DNA of 49,242 nt, from contig JAXLQJ010000020.1 of the NCBI GenBank assembly GCA_046331705.1, forward strand, positions 62,001-111,242, in the 5' to 3' direction. A model generated the notes under the pieces. It had not been told where the DNA came from. It made no database searches and saw nothing but the letters and a program-made list of their open reading frames with translations. The position numbers and the translations under genes were made by a program. Each line of letters opens with the position of its first letter. Position 1 is the first letter of the stretch. This document shows, piece after piece, positions 25,929 to 36,998 of this stretch. The DNA is from a bacterium (GTDB lineage Bacteria > JADJOY01).

Positions 25929-28556
25929 CTACGGCTGCGAGCAGCCTCCCGGCGTGGCCGAGTTGCAGTCGTCGTCGATGCCGTTGCTCGGAATCTCGGT
26001 CTTCCCGGGGTTCACGTTCGCGTTGGCATCGTTGCAATCGAGCTGCGCGTGGGCGCACGCGGCCGACGCCGGGTTGCCGTAGCCGTCGGCGTCGAGGTCT
26101 TTGCAGTCGCTGGTGGCGGCGTTGCAGTCGTCATCGAGGCCGTTGCCCGGGATCTCGGCTCTCCCGGGATTCACGTTGGCATTCGTGTCCAGACAGTCGA
26201 TCGCGCCACAAGCGCCGCCGGAAACCGAATAGCCATCGCTGTCCGCGTCCACGCAATCCGGCGTGCCGGCGTTGCAGTCGTCGTCGACGCCGTTGCCGGG
26301 AATCTCCGCGTGCCCGGGGTTCACGTTCGCGTTGGAGTCGCTGCAATCGACCGGACCGCAGACGCCGCCGCTGGGTGAGTAGCCATCGCCGTCGCCGTCG
26401 AGGCAGTCGGTGGTCGCGGCGCTGCAATCGTCGTCGATACCGTTGCCCGGCACCTCGGCATGCCCGGGATTCACGCTCGGATCACCGTCGTTGCAGTCCG
26501 CGTTGTTCGCGACGTAGCCGCCTGGCGCAGCGCAAGCCTGCGTCGTCACTCCCGCGTTGCCGTAGGTGTCGCCGTCGGCGTCGCGGAAGAATGTGATCGT
26601 GACACCTTCGTCGAGCTGCCCGTCGCAATCGTCGTCGGTCTGGTTGCAGACCTCCGTGGCGCCGGGATGGATGCTGGCGACACCGTCGTTGCAGTCGATC
26701 GTGCCACAAATGCCACCACTGACGGACGAACCGTCACCATCGGCGTCCACGCAATCTGGCGTCGCCGCGTTGCAGTCGTCATCTACGCCGTTCCCAGCGA
26801 CCTCCGCGTGGCCCGGGCTCACGTCAGCATTGGAATCGCTGCAATCCACCGGACCGCACACACCACCCGAGACCGAGTAGCCGTCGCCATCGCCATCCAC
26901 GCAATCGAGCGTCGCCGAGTTGCAGTCGTCGTCGGCGCCGTTGCCCGTGACTTCGGCATGACCGGGGTTCACGCTCGGACTCGAGTCATCGCAATCGGTG
27001 GCGTCGCCCGCCGTGCACGAGGCGTCACCAGGCGCGCCGTAACCGTCGTGATCGACGTCCGTGCAGGTGTCGCACGCGTCTCCGACGCCGTCCGAATCCA
27101 CATCCTGCTGACCGGGGTTCGCGACGCTTGGACAGTTGTCGCTTGCGTCAGGAGTTCCGTCATTATCGGTGTCGAGCGCCCGGACCGAGTAGACATACGC
27201 AGCCCCCCGAGACGTGTCCGACCCGAACGTGTCCTGGTAAGCCCCAACGACAAAACGCGCGCCATCGACGGCAACTCCCTGACCGAAGAACGCGAATGCT
27301 TTCGCGTCGGTTGCTCGGACCTTCTTGACCGGTAGCCAAACATGGCCGTTTCGCTTGAAGAGCGCCGCAGCCCCTGCGCTGGTGAAGCCTTGCCTGTCGA
27401 ATGGCGCACCAATCAGAAGCAGGGATTCTGACATTGCCGTCGTCTGACCGAAACTCCCCGAGCTCGAATCGAGCGGCAAAAGCTTCTGACGGAATTGCCA
27501 GGTGAGGCCATCCCATTCGTAGGAATACGCCGCGCCACCTTGCGCCACGACGGCATCGACGAACGGCGCACCGATGACGATTCTTGATCCATCGGTAGCG
27601 ACCGAACTCCCGAAGTAATCCTGATACGCGCCGTCAGGTGCCGTGATCTTGACCGCAGTGCTCCACGTCGTGCCGGTCCTTCGGAAGACGAAGGCCGCGC
27701 CCTGATCGACCTTTAGAGGTACAACACCGTCGTCGTACGGGGCTCCGACGACCAGCAATCCGTCTCGGAAGGCGATCGAAGATCCAAAGTGTTGACCCAC
27801 CTGGGCTGGCGAACCTGTGAGCTTCGAGTCGAAAGTCCAAGAGTTACCAGACCGCGCGTAAACGTAGACGGCGCCTTTATCTGCGTCATTCAAGTAGGAT
27901 CCGACGAAAGCCAAATCTCCGACCAGAGCCACCGAGACCCCGAAATGATCACCCACTTCCGTCGGCGGTGGCGGTGTTAGAGTCGCTTCTTGAACCCAGT
28001 TCGCTCCGTTGCGCCGGAATACGTACGCCTTACCAACCGCTGGAGGCGGTGAGATCGAAAAGTCATACGGTGCGCCCAAGATGATCGTGTCACCATCGAC
28101 GGCAACGGATCGTCCCGCGAACTCATGGCTGGCGTTGTTGGGTACGAGCTTGGGACCTTGCGACCACGTCGTGCCATTCGTCGTGAAGACTCGAGCCGAG
28201 CCGGAAGCTGCGCCATGCGCGCTGGATCCGTAAGCGCCACCTACGACCAGATCCCCATCGACTCCGACGCCATAACCAAAGTAGTCGTAGAGCAGCGCAT
28301 CGCTCGGCACGAGCTTCGCATCTTCATTCACCGTGACATCACAGAAATCGCCGAGCCCGTTGACATCTGCGTCGGCCTGATTGGGGTTTGCAACGTCGAC
28401 GCAGTTGTCGAGCGAGTCGGGGACACCGTCATTGTCGGCGTCCGAGGCAACCGCTGCGCTCGGCATTAGCCCAACACCAACGAGCACGATCGCGATCAAC
28501 ACGAGTTGGAGGCAACGCCACCAACACCAGATCACCCCGCGAGATCCAGCGTTCAT
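25929..28556 (-). CDS. Secreted FG-GAP beta-propeller protein with thrombospondin type-3 and seven MopE-like Cys/Asp repeats
   Basis: Signal peptide, DNDGVPDSLDNC...NPNQAD, repeated FG-SVA-DGD--VVGA, and a tail of DC-D-N--VNPG-AE--GNG-DDDC repeats. Confidence 0.9.
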   Translation of the reverse strand: MNAGSRGVIWCWWRCLQLVLIAIVLVGVGLMPSAAVASDADNDGVPDSLDNCVDVANPNQADADVNGLGDFCDVTVNEDAKLVPSDALLYDYFGYGVGVDGDLVVGGAYGSSAHGAASGSARVFTTNGTTWSQGPKLVPNNASHEFAGRSVAVDGDTIILGAPYDFSISPPPAVGKAYVFRRNGANWVQEATLTPPPPTEVGDHFGVSVALVGDLAFVGSYLNDADKGAVYVYARSGNSWTFDSKLTGSPAQVGQHFGSSIAFRDGLLVVGAPYDDGVVPLKVDQGAAFVFRRTGTTWSTAVKITAPDGAYQDYFGSSVATDGSRIVIGAPFVDAVVAQGGAAYSYEWDGLTWQFRQKLLPLDSSSGSFGQTTAMSESLLLIGAPFDRQGFTSAGAAALFKRNGHVWLPVKKVRATDAKAFAFFGQGVAVDGARFVVGAYQDTFGSDTSRGAAYVYSVRALDTDNDGTPDASDNCPSVANPGQQDVDSDGVGDACDTCTDVDHDGYGAPGDASCTAGDATDCDDSSPSVNPGHAEVTGNGADDDCNSATLDCVDGDGDGYSVSGGVCGPVDCSDSNADVSPGHAEVAGNGVDDDCNAATPDCVDADGDGSSVSGGICGTIDCNDGVASIHPGATEVCNQTDDDCDGQLDEGVTITFFRDADGDTYGNAGVTTQACAAPGGYVANNADCNDGDPSVNPGHAEVPGNGIDDDCSAATTDCLDGDGDGYSPSGGVCGPVDCSDSNANVNPGHAEIPGNGVDDDCNAGTPDCVDADSDGYSVSGGACGAIDCLDTNANVNPGRAEIPGNGLDDDCNAATSDCKDLDADGYGNPASAACAHAQLDCNDANANVNPGKTEIPSNGIDDDCNSATPGGCSQP

Positions 28557-28586
28557 CGAATCATCCTCCCTTTCATCGTGAGTCTT

Positions 28587-31500
28587 TTAGGGCGCCGAGC
28601 ACCCGCCGGGGGTCGCGGCGTTACAGTCATCGTCGATGCCGTTGCTCGGGATCTCCGTGCGACCGGGGTTCACGTTCACGTTGGAGTCGTTGCAGTCGAG
28701 CTGTGCGTGGGCGCACGCCGCGGATGCCGGGTTGCCGTAGCCGTCGGCGTCGAGGTCCTTGCAGTCGCTCGTGGCGGAGTTGCAGTCGTCGTCGAGGCCG
28801 TTGCCGGGCACTTCCGTCCGGCCCGGGTTCACATTGGCGTTGCTGTCGAGGCAATCGACAGCACCGCAGGCGCCACCGGACGACGAGTAGCCATCGGCGT
28901 CCGCATCCACGCAGTCCGCGGTGCCGGCGTTGCAGTCGTCGTCCACGCCGTTGCCTGGGACTTCGGCGTGACCGGGGTTCACGTCGCCGTTGGAATCGTT
29001 GCAGTCGACCGGGCCGCAGGACCCACCCGAGGGGGAGTAGCCGTCACCGTCGGCATCCAGACAATCCGTCGTCGCCGGGTTGCAGTCGTCGTCGACACCG
29101 TTGCCAGGAACTTCGGCATGGCCAGGATTCACGCTCGGATTGCCATCGTTGCAGTCGGTGCTGTTGGCGACGTAGCCGCCCGGTGCCGAGCACGCCTGCG
29201 TGGTGACGCCCGCGTTGCCGTAGGTGTCGCCGTCGGCATCGCGGAAGAAGGTGGTCGTGACGCCTTCGTCGAACTGCCCATCGCAGTCATCGTCGGTCTG
29301 ATTGCAGACCTCCGTCGCACCGGGATGAATGCTGGCGACGCCGTCGTTGCAGTCGAGCGCGCCGCAAACACCGCCGCTCACCGACGAGCCGTCACCGTCG
29401 GCATCCACGCAATCGGGCGTCGCGGCGTTGCAGTCATCGTCCACGCCGTTGCCCGCGACCTCGGCGTGGCCGGGATTCACGTTCGCGTTGGAGTCGCTGC
29501 AGTCGACCGGGCCACACACGCCGCCGGACACCGAGTACCCATCGCCGTCCCCGTCGACGCAATCGAGCGTCGCGGGATTGCAGTCGTCGTCCGCGCCGTT
29601 CCCCGCCACCTCCACGTGGCCAGGGTTCACGCTCGGATTCGAGTCGTCGCAATCGGTGGCGGCCCCCGCCGTGCACGAGGCGTGACCGGGCGAGCCGTAG
29701 CCGTCGTGATCGATGTCGGTGCAGGTATCGCAAGCGTCACCGATGCCGTCGTTGTCGACGTCTTGCTGACCTGGGTTTGCCACGGTGGGGCAGTTGTCGA
29801 CGCTGTCGGGAATACCGTCCCCGTCACCATCGGGCGCTGGAAGGCGGAACGCGTACACGGCACCCTTCCCAGCTTCCCCGCTCGCCCCGACCAGCATGTG
29901 GCGTCCCGACACGCTCACGTCTTGGCCAAACTGGTCGGAGGCGGAGCGCTCGGATCCCGCAACCTTTGCGTAGAGCGACCACGTCGATCCGATGAGCCTA
30001 TAGAGGTACACGGAGCCGCTGTAGCTGTCGTCGCCAGAAGCACCGATGGCGATGAAGTTGCCGTCGATGGATGCGCTTCGTCCGAACGAATCTCCGGCGA
30101 CTGCATCGGATGCCGCGAGCGTCGCGACCTGCGACCAAGTCCCGTTCTTCTTGAATACGTACGCCACGCCCGCGTTCGTCGCTGGCTGATCGTAGAATTG
30201 CGCTCCCACGACCACGGTGTCGCCGCTCGCGTCGAGACCAAGGCCGAAGAAGTCCGATGTCGTGCCGGCGGGCGGCGCGAGCGTCGCCTCTTGCGTCCAG
30301 GTCGTCGACTTCCGATACACGTAGACGCGCCCCGCAGGCGACGCGCTCCAGGCCGACACCAACAAGAGACTCCCCCGCAGGCGGATGATCTCAGCGGCGC
30401 TCCCACCCGCCGGAGGCGTGATGGTCTGGGTGAGGGTCCAGGTGCCGCCGGTGAAGGTGAACACGTGCACGCGCGCGGTGGATCCGGGGCAGCCGAGCGC
30501 GATGGTGTTCCCGTCGATCGAAACGTCCGTGCCGCACAGGGTGTCACCCGAGATTCCCGTGATGATCGCCTCCTGAGACCACGTGCCAGCGCTGCTACGC
30601 CGGAAGACGTAAGCCTTGTTGCCGGCGCCCACGCCGATGACGGCTGCGTCGCCGCTCACTTCGCCGCGGTAGCCGAAGTGCTGGTTTGCCACCCCGTCAG
30701 ACGCATGAACCTTGGCTTCCTGCGTCCATGCGCTTCCGTTCCAGGAGAAGAGGTACGCTGAGCCTGAGTCAGTACCCAAGTCGTCATCGAGCCAGGCGCC
30801 GGCCACGGCGCGATCGCCGCGGACGGCCACCGACCACCCGAGTGCGTCGCCGGACTGGTTCTCCGGTGGGTTGATCTTCTGCACCTGGTCGATGTCGAGA
30901 TCGCACGCATTGCCGATTCCGTCGCCGTCGGTGTCGAGTTGGTCGGAATTGGGTGTCGTCGGACAGTTGTCGGCGATGTCCTCGATGCCATCGCCGTCGG
31001 TGTCGAGACCGGCGACGCGGAAGCCGGCGACGATGGGTGCGGAGATGTTGCCCGTGCGGTGGTTGTCGCGCGCGTCGGCGATTCCCGTGGGCACGCCGTT
31101 GTAGTTGATGCTCGGGTTGGAGAAGCGCTGCACGCGCGTGCAGCCGGAGGTGCACGGATCGGCGTACGACATCACCGTGCGGAACGAGCCGTTGACGTAG
31201 TGGCCGTACGACCAGGGATACGACGCCGACGAGGGCGGCGAGATGCCGTTCTCCGGATTGTGCTCGAAGCCCATGTTGTGCCCGTGCTCGTGGGCGTAGG
31301 AGATGTTTCCGACGGCGCAGGAGCGCACCGTGACTTGATACGCCGACTCGGAAAAGCCGGAGGAAATCGAGCGCTGGACGTATGCCTGGCCGCACACGCC
31401 CGAGCCGCCGTTCTCGACGATCAGCGCAACCAGGTCTGCGTAGTGCTGATTGCGCAATGCCTTCACCGTGGGATCACCCGCCACCCACGCGAGGTCGGTG

Positions 31501-32303
31501 CCGGTGTTGGCCGAGTCGTTGTGATTCACGAGCGCCGTGTGCACCAGGTTGAAGTGCACGTCGATGCCGCTCGCGGCGAACGAGGTGTTCGCAACGTCGA
31601 CGGCGGACTGAATCGTGGCCTGGATGCTGGCCTGACCGCCCGCGCCGGTCTGCGCTTGAGGCGTGTACACCGCCATCACGTCGACCTCGGAGACGGCCTG
31701 CCCCGTCAGGTTGCCGGCAGCGACGTTCGGAACCGGGCGGCCTGGAATGGGATCGGCGACCACGCCGTCCCCTTCGCCGGTGCCGCACGGTGGGAAGAGC
31801 CCCTGATCGAGCTGAATCAAACGATGGTTCCCGCCGCGAGGCTGGATCTCGTAAGCCTCGCCCGTGAGCGTCACCAGCCCAGCGAGCAGTCCATTCGAGA
31901 CGGTGAGCGTCACGTCGCCCTCCGTCGCGTCGCTCTCGGCTACGACGTGGCCACGCCACACGTAGCCGCTCTTGCCTCGCGACTCGAAACCCGTCCGGGC
32001 AGCCTTGAACGTCGTGCCATCCAGACGCGACAGCTCGATCGTCGGCTCACCAGCGGCGAGCGGCGCAAGATTGAGCGAGATCGGCACCTCGGCGATCGAT
32101 GCCGGTGAGCTGAGCGGGCCCTGAATCAGCCCACCGCTCGGCGCGAAGACAGGCGCGGTCTGCGCCGCGGCAGGCCCGGCGAGGCCGAGCAGCGCCATGG
32201 CGAGCGTGGCGGCGACGAACCAGCGGCCGAGCGCCGCGCGGTTGCCGGTTCGATCCAAGCCGGATCGCGGGCGCAGAAATGGCGTCGAGCGTTCACTGCC
32301 CAT
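28587..32303 (-). CDS. Secreted metzincin (reprolysin/M12B-like) metalloprotease with TSP3, FG-GAP and seven MopE-like repeats
   Basis: Pro-domain with PPCG cysteine switch-like motif, [11 protein letters not shown], Met-turn RTVMSY, FSNP, FG-GAP repeats, and the same tail as the downstream gene. GGGGAGGGG SD. Confidence 0.92.
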   Translation of the reverse strand: MGSERSTPFLRPRSGLDRTGNRAALGRWFVAATLAMALLGLAGPAAAQTAPVFAPSGGLIQGPLSSPASIAEVPISLNLAPLAAGEPTIELSRLDGTTFKAARTGFESRGKSGYVWRGHVVAESDATEGDVTLTVSNGLLAGLVTLTGEAYEIQPRGGNHRLIQLDQGLFPPCGTGEGDGVVADPIPGRPVPNVAAGNLTGQAVSEVDVMAVYTPQAQTGAGGQASIQATIQSAVDVANTSFAASGIDVHFNLVHTALVNHNDSANTGTDLAWVAGDPTVKALRNQHYADLVALIVENGGSGVCGQAYVQRSISSGFSESAYQVTVRSCAVGNISYAHEHGHNMGFEHNPENGISPPSSASYPWSYGHYVNGSFRTVMSYADPCTSGCTRVQRFSNPSINYNGVPTGIADARDNHRTGNISAPIVAGFRVAGLDTDGDGIEDIADNCPTTPNSDQLDTDGDGIGNACDLDIDQVQKINPPENQSGDALGWSVAVRGDRAVAGAWLDDDLGTDSGSAYLFSWNGSAWTQEAKVHASDGVANQHFGYRGEVSGDAAVIGVGAGNKAYVFRRSSAGTWSQEAIITGISGDTLCGTDVSIDGNTIALGCPGSTARVHVFTFTGGTWTLTQTITPPAGGSAAEIIRLRGSLLLVSAWSASPAGRVYVYRKSTTWTQEATLAPPAGTTSDFFGLGLDASGDTVVVGAQFYDQPATNAGVAYVFKKNGTWSQVATLAASDAVAGDSFGRSASIDGNFIAIGASGDDSYSGSVYLYRLIGSTWSLYAKVAGSERSASDQFGQDVSVSGRHMLVGASGEAGKGAVYAFRLPAPDGDGDGIPDSVDNCPTVANPGQQDVDNDGIGDACDTCTDIDHDGYGSPGHASCTAGAATDCDDSNPSVNPGHVEVAGNGADDDCNPATLDCVDGDGDGYSVSGGVCGPVDCSDSNANVNPGHAEVAGNGVDDDCNAATPDCVDADGDGSSVSGGVCGALDCNDGVASIHPGATEVCNQTDDDCDGQFDEGVTTTFFRDADGDTYGNAGVTTQACSAPGGYVANSTDCNDGNPSVNPGHAEVPGNGVDDDCNPATTDCLDADGDGYSPSGGSCGPVDCNDSNGDVNPGHAEVPGNGVDDDCNAGTADCVDADADGYSSSGGACGAVDCLDSNANVNPGRTEVPGNGLDDDCNSATSDCKDLDADGYGNPASAACAHAQLDCNDSNVNVNPGRTEIPSNGIDDDCNAATPGGCSAP

Positions 32304-32473
32304 GAATCCCCTCCCCCGAGAAGACGATCGTGCCGGCGTGCTGGCGAGGCGTGCGTGACAACCCTAATGCGCACCGGCGTTTCAATCCTACGCAGGTCCG
32401 GTTAGCCGTGCAACACCGGTGTACGACACCCGAGCGATCGCGCGGCCACCGCGGCCACGTCCGGGCCACTCGC

Positions 32474-33202
32474 TCAGCGCTTCCGAGGATGGCGTCGATG
32501 CGCCGATGCGTGCGGCACACCCATCACCCGCGACCAGCGCTCGACGCGCCAACCGCGCTCGAGCGCCAGCGGGCCGAGCGATCCGCGGGGATTGACCGCA
32601 ACTCCGCGCCCCACGCGCTCGAGGAGCGGCACGTCGATGGCTCGGTCCGTGAACGCGGTGCTGCGCGCCCAGTCGATGGCACGGCCCTCGAAGGCGCGCT
32701 CGATTCTCGCGACCTTGCCTTCCTTGTACGGAATGGGTTGCTCGACCTCGTCGGTGAGCCTCCCGCCACGGATCGCGGCGCGCGAGCCGATGCCGAGCGA
32801 AGCTCCCACCAACTCGGCCAAGGGCTCGATGACGAGCTCGGTGGAGCCGGATGCGAGCACCACCGTGAGCCCTTGCGCGCGGCAGCGCTCGATGGCGTCG
32901 AGCGCTTCCCGATACACCGCCTTGTGCACGTCCTCGGCGACACACCGGCGCGCGTGATGGCGCAGCTCGTCCTCGGCCAGCCCCGCGAAGAGCCGCGCTC
33001 CCAGCTCCACGAGGTCCCGGCCGGTCCGTCGGCGAAAACGATAAGCGAGCAGCTCGCGAGCCACGAGCTTGCGCTGCTCTGGAGTGAGGATCGCGTTTCG
33101 CCACAGGTAGCCGATGAAGGCGCCGCCCGAGGACCCACGCACCAGCGTGTGATCCACATCGAAGACCGCGAGCGCGATCGAGTCGGCCTTCGGCGTGCTC
33201 AT
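32474..33202 (-). CDS. HAD-IB family phosphatase (SerB-like)
   Basis: VFDVDHTL, VVLASGS, EGKV, FTDRAIDVPLL...VAVNP. Start overlaps the upstream stop (ATGA). Confidence 0.9.
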   Translation of the reverse strand: MSTPKADSIALAVFDVDHTLVRGSSGGAFIGYLWRNAILTPEQRKLVARELLAYRFRRRTGRDLVELGARLFAGLAEDELRHHARRCVAEDVHKAVYREALDAIERCRAQGLTVVLASGSTELVIEPLAELVGASLGIGSRAAIRGGRLTDEVEQPIPYKEGKVARIERAFEGRAIDWARSTAFTDRAIDVPLLERVGRGVAVNPRGSLGPLALERGWRVERWSRVMGVPHASAHRRHPRKR

Positions 33203-34884
33203 CGGCTCACCCGCGCCTTCGCCGGCGAACGTCGTCGCGAGCCAGCCGTCCCCGCGGAATCCGCGGTGCGCGGCGGTTGGGGGCTCCCGAATCCGCCTCC
33301 ACCCGGCGTCTCGATCCGCAGCCGATCGCCGGGCTCGAGCTCGAGCGTCCGCTTCGCCGGGAGCGACCTCGGCGACCCGCCGCGACGCACCAACGTGTTC
33401 CGGCCACGCGCGCCCGGCGCTCCACCGGCCAACCCGTACGGCGCGCTCGCCCGGCGCTCGCTCACGAGCGTGGCTGTCATCGCACTCAGGGCTTCGATCT
33501 CCCGCACCACTCCGTCGCCTCCTCGCGCCGCGCCCGCACCGCCCGAGCCGCGTCGCACGCGGTACTCGGTGACGCGAAGCGGATACGCGTGCTCCAGCGC
33601 CTCGATGGGAGTGTTGCGCGTATTGGTCATGTGTGTCTGCACCGCGCAGAGCCCGTCGAGACCGGGCCGCGCGCCCATGCCGCCCGCGATGGTCTCGTAA
33701 TACGCGAAAGCGGGGGCGCGTCCGCCGGCGCCGCTCGAGCCGATCGCGAGGTTGTTCATGGTGCCCGCGCTCGCCGCGGGGACGCGGCCGGGAAGCGCTC
33801 TCGCCAGCGCGCCCAGCACCACGTCGACGATTCGCTGGCTGGTCTCGACGTTGCCGGCGCTCACCGCCGCCGGCGAGCTCGCGTCCACCACCGAGCCGGG
33901 CGTCGTCACGAGACGCACCGGCCGCAAGATGCCCGCGTTGGTGGGAACGTCGAGCGGCAGCAGCGTGCGCAGCGCGTAGAAGACGGCGGACAGCGTGACC
34001 GCCCGCACCGCATTCACCGGACCCTCCACTTGCGCGGCGCTGCCCGCGAAGTCGAAGACGACGTCCGCAGCGCGTTCGCGGTGGATCTCCACCCGGATCG
34101 GGATCGGACCGTGGCCGAGCCCGTCGTCGTCGAGCACGTCGTGGAAGCGATGGCGGCCGCGTGGAATCTCGCGGACGAGCGTGCGCACCAGGCGCTCCGA
34201 GTAATCGAGCAGCTCGTCGATCGCGAGCACGAGCGTCCGCGCGCCGAAACGATCGACCATCGCCCGCACGCGGCTGGCACCGACGGCATTCGCCCCGCGC
34301 TGCGCCGCGAGGTCGCCGAGCCGCTCGTCGGGGACGCGCATGTTCGCGAGCACCAGCGCCAGCACCTCGCGATCGAGCTGGCCGCCGCGACCGATCCGGA
34401 TCGGTGGGATTCGCAGTCCCTCCTGGAAGATCTCGCGTGCCAGCGGCATCGAGCCAGCCGCCATACCGCCCACGTCCGCGTGATGCGCTCGGCTCGCGAC
34501 GAAGAACGCGGGCGCCCGGCCGCCCTGGAGGAAGATCGGCGTCACCAGCGTCAGATCGGGCAGGTGGGTGCCGCCGGCGAATGGATCGTTGACCAGCACT
34601 TCATCGCCCGGCGCGAGCGTCAGGTGCCGGACGGCGGCCTCGACCGCGAGCGCCATCGAGCCGAGGTGCACGGGAATGTGGGCAGCCTGCGCGACGAGCC
34701 GGGTGCGCGCGTCGAAGAGCGCGCACGAGAAGTCGCGCCGCTCCTTCACGTTCGGCGAGAGGCCGGTGCGTTCGAGCGTGGTTCCCATCTCTTCGGCGAT
34801 CGATCCGAAGAGATCCTTCATGAGCTGGAGGCGCACCGGATCGAACGGCGATCGGGCGCGCCTCCTCGGCGAGCCCGCGCTCAC
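33199..34884 (-). CDS. Hydantoinase B / 5-oxoprolinase family subunit
   Basis: SPNVKERRDFSCALFD, HIPVHLGSM, NDPFAGGTHLPD, HHADVGG, YYETIAGGMGA, ETPGGGGFG. Confidence 0.95.
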   Translation of the reverse strand: MSAGSPRRRARSPFDPVRLQLMKDLFGSIAEEMGTTLERTGLSPNVKERRDFSCALFDARTRLVAQAAHIPVHLGSMALAVEAAVRHLTLAPGDEVLVNDPFAGGTHLPDLTLVTPIFLQGGRAPAFFVASRAHHADVGGMAAGSMPLAREIFQEGLRIPPIRIGRGGQLDREVLALVLANMRVPDERLGDLAAQRGANAVGASRVRAMVDRFGARTLVLAIDELLDYSERLVRTLVREIPRGRHRFHDVLDDDGLGHGPIPIRVEIHRERAADVVFDFAGSAAQVEGPVNAVRAVTLSAVFYALRTLLPLDVPTNAGILRPVRLVTTPGSVVDASSPAAVSAGNVETSQRIVDVVLGALARALPGRVPAASAGTMNNLAIGSSGAGGRAPAFAYYETIAGGMGARPGLDGLCAVQTHMTNTRNTPIEALEHAYPLRVTEYRVRRGSGGAGAARGGDGVVREIEALSAMTATLVSERRASAPYGLAGGAPGARGRNTLVRRGGSPRSLPAKRTLELEPGDRLRIETPGGGGFGSPQPPRTADSAGTAGSRRRSPAKARVSR

Positions 34885-36989
34885 GAGCCCACCTCGATCC
34901 AGAGCTCACCCAGCCGGCCGACCTTCGCCCGCGACCCGCTCGGCAGAAACGTGGTGGCCGTCTCCTCGACGACGATGGCGGGCCCCATCAGGCGTTGCCC
35001 GCGGCCGAGGCCGGCACGCGCGAAGATCGGAACGGCCCGCTTCCGCCGCGCTTCCACGATGGCTGCGCTGCCGACCGGCGCCGGGACTCGGGAGCGACCG
35101 CGGCTCGGCGCCACGGGCCAAGCAGGCCGCGCGACGCGACCGCGCCCCCGCACGCGGAGCGTCACGACCTCGATGGCTCGATCGGGATGCGCGTGGCCAT
35201 GAAGGCGCTGGTGCGCGCGATGAAACGCGTCCGCGTAATCGTCGTCGAACGGCACCTCGATCTCGTGCGATTGGCCCACGTAGCGCACGTCCACGCGCGG
35301 CGTGATCTCGATCGCGCTCGCCGCGAAGCCGCGCGCGCGCAGCTCGCCTCGGATCGCTGCGACCAGCGCGTGGAAGTGCGGCCGCAGCGCGCGCACCGCC
35401 GCGTCACGCCCACTCGCGAAGCGCGTGCGACTGGCGTCGACCACCACGTCCGCGCGGACCATGCCCAACGCCGAGAAGATCCCGGGCACCGGCGGCACCA
35501 GCACCGTGCCGATCCCGACCTCGCGCGCCAACGCCACGGCGTGCACGGGACCGGCGCCACCGAAGGCGAGCAGCGCGAACCCCGCGGGATCGTGGCCGCG
35601 CTCGACGCTCACCTTGCGCAGCGCGCGCGCCATGCTCGCCTCGACCACCCGCGTCACGCCCAGCGCCGCGGCGGCGGTCCCGAGACCCGCGCGTCGCGCG
35701 AGCCGTTCGATCGCGTGCGCGGCCGCCGCCTCGTCGAGCGACATCCGTCCACCCAGGAAATGACGCGCTTGGATGCGCCCCAGGAAGACATCCGCGTCGG
35801 TGACCGTCACCTCGCGTCCGCCGCGTCCGTAACAAGCGGGGCCGGGCACGGCGCCGGCGCTCGCCGGGCCCACCGCCAGCGCGCCACCTTCGTCGACACG
35901 CGCGATCGATCCGCCGCCGGCGCCCACGGTGTGGATGTCGAGCACCGGCATGCGCACCGGTAGCCCCGCGATCTCGGTGGCCGACGCGAGCCGCGCCACG
36001 CCGTCGATGAGCGAGACATCCGTCGAGGTTCCGCCCATGTCGAAGGTGATGAGCCGGGACACGCCGAGCGCTCGTGCCAGCGCCTCGGCTGCCGCAACAC
36101 CGCCCGCCGGGCCGGAAAGCACCGTTTCGATCGGGCGCTCGGCTGCGCGTTCCGCGCTGGTCATGCCGCCGCCCGAATGCATGACGCTGAGGGCGGTGTC
36201 GCCGAGCGCCGCACCGAGCCGCGCGAGATAGCGCGCCATCACCGGCACCAGCGCCGCGTTGAGCGCGGTGGTCACGGTGCGCTCGTACTCGCGAAACTCG
36301 GGCCGAAGACGCGACGAGCACGTGATCGGCAGACCCGTGGCCGCGAGGATGCCCGCGGCGCGCTCCTCGTCCGCGGCGTTGGCATACGCGTGCAGGAAGG
36401 AGATCGCGATCGAGCGGGCGCCGCGGCGGGGGATCCGCGCGATCAGCTGCGCGAGCGCGCGCTCGTCGAGCGGCTCGATGCGCTCGCCGTGGGGACCGAG
36501 TCGTCCGCGTACGCCGAAGCGCAGCGCCGGTGGCACGGGCGGATCGGGCCGCGTCACGAATGGGTCGTAGAGATCCGGCCGATCCTGGCGACCGATCTCG
36601 ATCACGTCCTCGAGCCCGGCGTTGGTCACGAGTGCGGTGGGTGCCAGCTCACGCGTGAGCACCGCGTTGGTGGCCACGGTGGTGCCGTGGATCACCTGCG
36701 CCGGCGTGGCGGCGGCCACGAGCTCGCGAATGCCGGTTCGAATCGCTTCCGAGGGATCGCGCGGTGTCGACGGGACCTTGTGGATGCGAAACCGATCGCC
36801 GTCGAGGAGCACGAGATCGGTGAACGTGCCGCCCGTGTCCACGCCGACGATCCCCGCGCTCGTCTGCGGCCGAGACGACGCGCGCGGCGCGGATGCGCGA
36901 GCGCGCGCCAGCGCGCGCCGCCTGCGCAGATCGACGGCGAGCGCGGACGCCGAGCGTCCACTCCCGGGACGTTGCTTCGCTCGCGGCAC
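34881..36989 (-). CDS. Hydantoinase A / 5-oxoprolinase family ATP-binding subunit (start uncertain)
   Basis: GVDTGGTFTD, HGTTVATNA, LSGPAGG, DMGGTSTD, GAGGGSIA, GPASAGAVPGPACYGRGG, AFGGAGPVH. Confidence 0.95.
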   Translation of the reverse strand: MPRAKQRPGSGRSASALAVDLRRRRALARARASAPRASSRPQTSAGIVGVDTGGTFTDLVLLDGDRFRIHKVPSTPRDPSEAIRTGIRELVAAATPAQVIHGTTVATNAVLTRELAPTALVTNAGLEDVIEIGRQDRPDLYDPFVTRPDPPVPPALRFGVRGRLGPHGERIEPLDERALAQLIARIPRRGARSIAISFLHAYANAADEERAAGILAATGLPITCSSRLRPEFREYERTVTTALNAALVPVMARYLARLGAALGDTALSVMHSGGGMTSAERAAERPIETVLSGPAGGVAAAEALARALGVSRLITFDMGGTSTDVSLIDGVARLASATEIAGLPVRMPVLDIHTVGAGGGSIARVDEGGALAVGPASAGAVPGPACYGRGGREVTVTDADVFLGRIQARHFLGGRMSLDEAAAAHAIERLARRAGLGTAAAALGVTRVVEASMARALRKVSVERGHDPAGFALLAFGGAGPVHAVALAREVGIGTVLVPPVPGIFSALGMVRADVVVDASRTRFASGRDAAVRALRPHFHALVAAIRGELRARGFAASAIEITPRVDVRYVGQSHEIEVPFDDDYADAFHRAHQRLHGHAHPDRAIEVVTLRVRGRGRVARPAWPVAPSRGRSRVPAPVGSAAIVEARRKRAVPIFARAGLGRGQRLMGPAIVVEETATTFLPSGSRAKVGRLGELWIEVGS

Positions 36990-36998
36990 GGGCTCGAC

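Noticed and set aside
25929-29800. CRISPR-like or non-coding repeat array (recurring TTGCAGTCGTCGTC)
   Set aside because: The repeats are in-frame protein repeats (DDDCN) with synonymous variation. There are no unique spacers and no cas genes.
32320-32430. Sigma54 promoter for the metalloprotease gene
   Set aside because: CGGCACG lacks a GC at the correct spacing, and the TTGCA candidate lacks the GG.
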